Positions 60,983 to 64,000 of a stretch of 64,000 nt of DNA are shown in pieces (position 1 is the stretch's first letter; each line of letters begins with the position of its first letter). Location of the stretch: the NCBI GenBank assembly GCA_018883125.1, contig VEQR01000004.1, positions 5,963-69,962 of the forward strand, written 5' to 3'. The notes under the pieces are model-generated. The model had not been told where the DNA came from. It saw only the letters and a list, made by a program, of their open reading frames with translations, and searched no databases. The stretch is from Candidatus Kapaibacterium sp. Lineage in GTDB: Bacteria > Bacteroidota > Ignavibacteria > Kapaibacteriales > Kapaibacteriaceae. The translations under genes were made by a program, and so were the position numbers.

Positions 60983-63484
60983 TTAATGAGCGTAGAAAAG
61001 GGGGCGGGTACAACGTAGGGTTGGGCCCGTTACGCTGACAAGGTAGAGCCCTGTTTGCAGTCCGGTGAGATCAAGAACTGCTGGTCCACCGGTGGGCGCC
61101 GACGTTGTTGCCATGAGACGTCCACGCAGGTCGAAAACCTGCACCAAAATGCCCGTTGCATCATCGGTGAGGGTGACCGTTGCCGAGCTCCTGTCAGCAT
61201 TCAGCACAACATCCACACACGGACTTGGAGTGTTGTCGGCGGCAACGCTTGTTGTGGGTGAGTAGCGAATGGTGTCGGTGGAGATATTCCCAGCCCGATC
61301 GCGCGCCGTGATCGTTGCCATTGCATTTGCGCTCGCATCCTCCACAAACAGCGAGAAGGCAGTCCGGGGCACCATCGAATCCGGCGAGAACTTCATTGTG
61401 CCTCCGACGTACCGCATGTTTACGCGCTGAACGGTGACCTCTGAGAGCCCCCTATCAACCTGATCACCGGCAACGGGGCAACTGCGGGGAGGATTTGGCC
61501 GATTCGACTCTTCGGTAACGGCTATGTCCCACATGGTATTCTTCGCTGTCGTGCGAGTGATCGCAGGCTTGGCGGTGTCGACCGTAGTAGCCGGCGTGTA
61601 GATGAGACTGTCAATCGTTTTGTTGCCGGCAAAATCACTGACGGCATACACTGCCCTGGCGGGACGACGGCCATCGATAACCGTCCATTCGTAGGTGAAT
61701 TTTTTATACGGACTCTGGTTTGGAAACATTTGATCTGTGACCAACACGATTCGGTAGTTAGTCGACCGCATGCCCGGCACCGTGTCGATTGAAGCGATTC
61801 CGCTTTCGACCTGGTCGCCAGCCTGAGGTGTAGCTCGTGGTGGATCAGGTATGTTGCGAAGCTCTGTTGCCTCGAAGCGAAAGCCTCCGCATGCGCCACC
61901 AATTGGAGCTTTTGTGATCAGGGGGCGCATGGTGTCCTTGGTCTCAACAGAACGGCTTAGTGCCAGAGGCCATCCATAGGCATCGACGGAACCGAAGCCG
62001 TACACGTATCCGCTAAAGCTAGCGCGGCCATTACTTGTGATACGATGAGACCGTGCTTCTAATCCAAACTCCACACCAGCGAAGTACATGCCGTTGGGCA
62101 TGCGGGAGAACAGAAGCGATGGTTTTGTGGCCTTAACGTTGTTCCATACCGGCTGACCATCAATTGCAATGGACTTCAGATTCTCTTCGAGATTGGGGTC
62201 TGTGGTATCAACTTTGACAACAAGGCTCAGATAGTGCCTCGAAAATTGACCCATGGTAGGGGTGGTAAACACTGCTTCCGAAGAGAATTGTTCTTCCGGC
62301 GCTATGCACATCATAAATGGATCCAGAATCTGGTCGCCATCCCACGTTGAAGAGCAGGAGTACTGCATCAGCAGGATCGGCTTGTCTGCTTCCCAGACGG
62401 AGAAGCCTTCCACCGAAGCAGTTGGTTGCGCGGCTTGTACCTCGTCAGCGAAATCACCGGCGTTCTTGAGAAGGCCGCCACGTTGGCCGAGCAGATTGCC
62501 GGTGGACTTATCATAGAACTTGCAGGTCCAGCGTGTGTCGTCGTCCTTGCATACCACACGAAAAACATCCCCTCGTCCGGCGAGCAGTCGTGCACGCTGA
62601 AGCTCCAGAGTTGCAAATCTTTTTCCCCATGCTGTTGTCGGCGGAATCATCTCGCAAAGGTGGTTTCTCCCATTGCCATTGATGAGCATGTTGGGCATTG
62701 TGGTGCGCATGTGGAACCCGATGACGCCAACGGGTTTGTCTGCCGTTATCAGAGATCCGGTCAGGTCGAACTCTCCGCGAGTTGTCCCGTCACCATGCAC
62801 CATGTACACTTCGCCCTCATCAAGGGTGACGTCGATGACATCACCGATGGACTTACCTCCGGATGTTTTGGCAAGCCCCTTGCCAGCTCCTCTGAGCTGG
62901 ATCGTAAGCTTCGTCGGCTCCTTGGCGATGATGGTAAATCCGCCGGCCCACGGTCTGATCTCTTTGAAATCCCAATATGAACATGGTATGTATTCTGTGC
63001 CCCAGCTACTGGTTGGAATCGCCATGTAGCCGTCGGTTGTCGTCTGTTTGGAGTTGATCACGTATACCGAGATCGGCTTGTCGGACCTCAAACGCAGAGC
63101 TTTCCGAATTGGAATCTCGACATCGCGATTCTCCATCGACCAATTCAATACCGCTTTGCCGCTCCTGGCATTATCCGATAGGGTCAAAATTTCCATCGCC
63201 TTAATCTTAAATCGCGTCTCCTTGTCACCAGCATAGTCGAACAACTTAACCTCGGCATCAAAGGCCGATGCCACGTAGACTTCCAGTCCAACAACCGGGT
63301 ACGCTCCGACCTCATTCGGCGGTATAGTAATGAAGAATTCCGTGCCTGTGTTTCCGGAACTCAGCACCGTCTCGGCTGCAGGGGGCTTGCGGTCCTGCGC
63401 GGTGAACGTGGCGAATCCAGCGACGAGACACAGAATGAATATCGTCGTATGCCGGCACAGCGAACTTTGCATGAATGACATCAT
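60983..63484 (-). CDS. Paralogous T9SS cargo protein (833 aa): the same N-terminal module, a duplicated 115-aa module, and a T9SS CTD
   Basis: Start MMSFMQSSLCRHTTIFILCLVAGFATFTAQ (ATG at 63484). The N-terminal ~500 aa are colinear with the downstream paralogue. C-terminus ..VQVFDLRGRLMATT..GLYLVSVTG... Confidence 0.8.
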   Translation of the reverse strand: MMSFMQSSLCRHTTIFILCLVAGFATFTAQDRKPPAAETVLSSGNTGTEFFITIPPNEVGAYPVVGLEVYVASAFDAEVKLFDYAGDKETRFKIKAMEILTLSDNARSGKAVLNWSMENRDVEIPIRKALRLRSDKPISVYVINSKQTTTDGYMAIPTSSWGTEYIPCSYWDFKEIRPWAGGFTIIAKEPTKLTIQLRGAGKGLAKTSGGKSIGDVIDVTLDEGEVYMVHGDGTTRGEFDLTGSLITADKPVGVIGFHMRTTMPNMLINGNGRNHLCEMIPPTTAWGKRFATLELQRARLLAGRGDVFRVVCKDDDTRWTCKFYDKSTGNLLGQRGGLLKNAGDFADEVQAAQPTASVEGFSVWEADKPILLMQYSCSSTWDGDQILDPFMMCIAPEEQFSSEAVFTTPTMGQFSRHYLSLVVKVDTTDPNLEENLKSIAIDGQPVWNNVKATKPSLLFSRMPNGMYFAGVEFGLEARSHRITSNGRASFSGYVYGFGSVDAYGWPLALSRSVETKDTMRPLITKAPIGGACGGFRFEATELRNIPDPPRATPQAGDQVESGIASIDTVPGMRSTNYRIVLVTDQMFPNQSPYKKFTYEWTVIDGRRPARAVYAVSDFAGNKTIDSLIYTPATTVDTAKPAITRTTAKNTMWDIAVTEESNRPNPPRSCPVAGDQVDRGLSEVTVQRVNMRYVGGTMKFSPDSMVPRTAFSLFVEDASANAMATITARDRAGNISTDTIRYSPTTSVAADNTPSPCVDVVLNADRSSATVTLTDDATGILVQVFDLRGRLMATTSAPTGGPAVLDLTGLQTGLYLVSVTGPTLRCTRPLFYAH

Positions 63485-63501
63485 GATGTTACCTCTCACA
63501 G

Positions 63502-64000
63502 TTATCGAGTGTAGGAATAATGACGCGTACAGCTCCAATCGCGGCTGCTGACGCTGATGAGGAAATGCCCTGTATGGAGATCCGAGAGATCGATCGTGAT
63601 TGTTCGGCCATTGATGTTTGGCAAGGATTTCACCTTGCGACCCTGTAGGTCGTACACGTCGACGTTGATCCCTGATTCGTTGTCGGGAAGATTGATGTGC
63701 ACTACACCTTGGCACTTGTCAGGAGTTACGTCAAAGCATGGGTTCGCGGAGACGTCGTCCTGCACATCAGCAGGAGGGTTTGTCGGAATCTCGCCGAGTT
63801 GGTTTGGGAGGGGCCATCCGTAACAGTCGACAGGAGTATACCCGTAGACGTAGCCGCCGAAGCTGACCGAGCCGCTGCCAGTGATCCTGTGTGCTAACGA
63901 ATCAGCCCCTATCTCGATCGAACTCCAGAACATCCCGTTCGGCATTCGACTAGAGAGAAGTGGCTGTTGAGCCTTCGGATGATTCCAGACCGGTACGCCG
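63502..64000 (-). CDS. 3' part of a third paralogue (N-terminus lies beyond the window end) with T9SS CTD
   Basis: The frame is open to the window edge. ..SRMPNGMFWSSIEIGADSLAHRITGSGSVSFGGYVYGYTPVDCYGWP.. aligns with ..SRMPNGMYFAGIEFGTEARAHRIKSNGLVSFGGYIYGFGAVDAYGWP.. of the other two. Ends ..VDVYDLQGRKVKSL..GHFLISVSS... Confidence 0.75.
   Translation of the reverse strand, partial: GVPVWNHPKAQQPLLSSRMPNGMFWSSIEIGADSLAHRITGSGSVSFGGYVYGYTPVDCYGWPLPNQLGEIPTNPPADVQDDVSANPCFDVTPDKCQGVVHINLPDNESGINVDVYDLQGRKVKSLPNINGRTITIDLSDLHTGHFLISVSSRDWSCTRHYSYTR

Noticed and set aside
63485-63715. Upstream 77 codons of track ORF 60983..63715
   Set aside because: This extension overlaps the T9SS CTD and stop codon of the upstream paralogue in another frame. 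The signal peptide begins at the internal MMSF (63484).

Overview
Gene-dense chromosomal window: about 53 protein-coding genes, 3 tRNAs, 1 nonsense-interrupted gene and 1 toxin-antitoxin pair, with GC in the mid-50s % by eye. It looks like an FCB-superphylum bacterium (Bacteroidota / Ignavibacteriota-Kapabacteria / Chlorobiota-like). Supporting this, 11-12 predicted proteins end in a type IX secretion (T9SS) C-terminal sorting domain, there is a CarboxypepD_reg-type TonB-dependent receptor, and TAnnTTTG promoter boxes precede two tRNAs. There is also a eukaryote-type citrate synthase, a class II photolyase and a membrane pyrophosphatase. Housekeeping content includes gltA, hppA, ald, gmhA, a Cys/Met PLP enzyme, a DegT aminotransferase, an SDR and a PaaN-like aldehyde dehydrogenase. 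Five things stand out. (1) A family of perfectly phased 7-bp and 8-bp tandem arrays occurs at six loci, each starting at or within about 70 nt downstream of a stop codon and, where a terminator is visible, upstream of it. The largest are a 30-unit two-state heptamer array with an inverted partner after gltA (7687-7980) and a 61-unit GTACAGAA array (39803-40290) that abuts the start codon of an SDR gene. (2) Three paralogous giant T9SS cargo genes sit in tandem (56428-64000); they share an N-terminal module of about 500 aa, carry different C-terminal domain sets, and contain a local identity tract that looks like gene conversion. (3) A translationally coupled Rieske / cytochrome b-like pair in which the b-type protein keeps only one His of each heme-ligand pair. 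(4) A multicopper-oxidase homologue with degenerate trinuclear-cluster motifs, fused to Ig-like repeats and a T9SS domain. (5) An Old Yellow Enzyme gene interrupted by a single in-frame TAA. All functional calls come from motif recognition by eye in the supplied translations; no database search, alignment program or GC computation was available.
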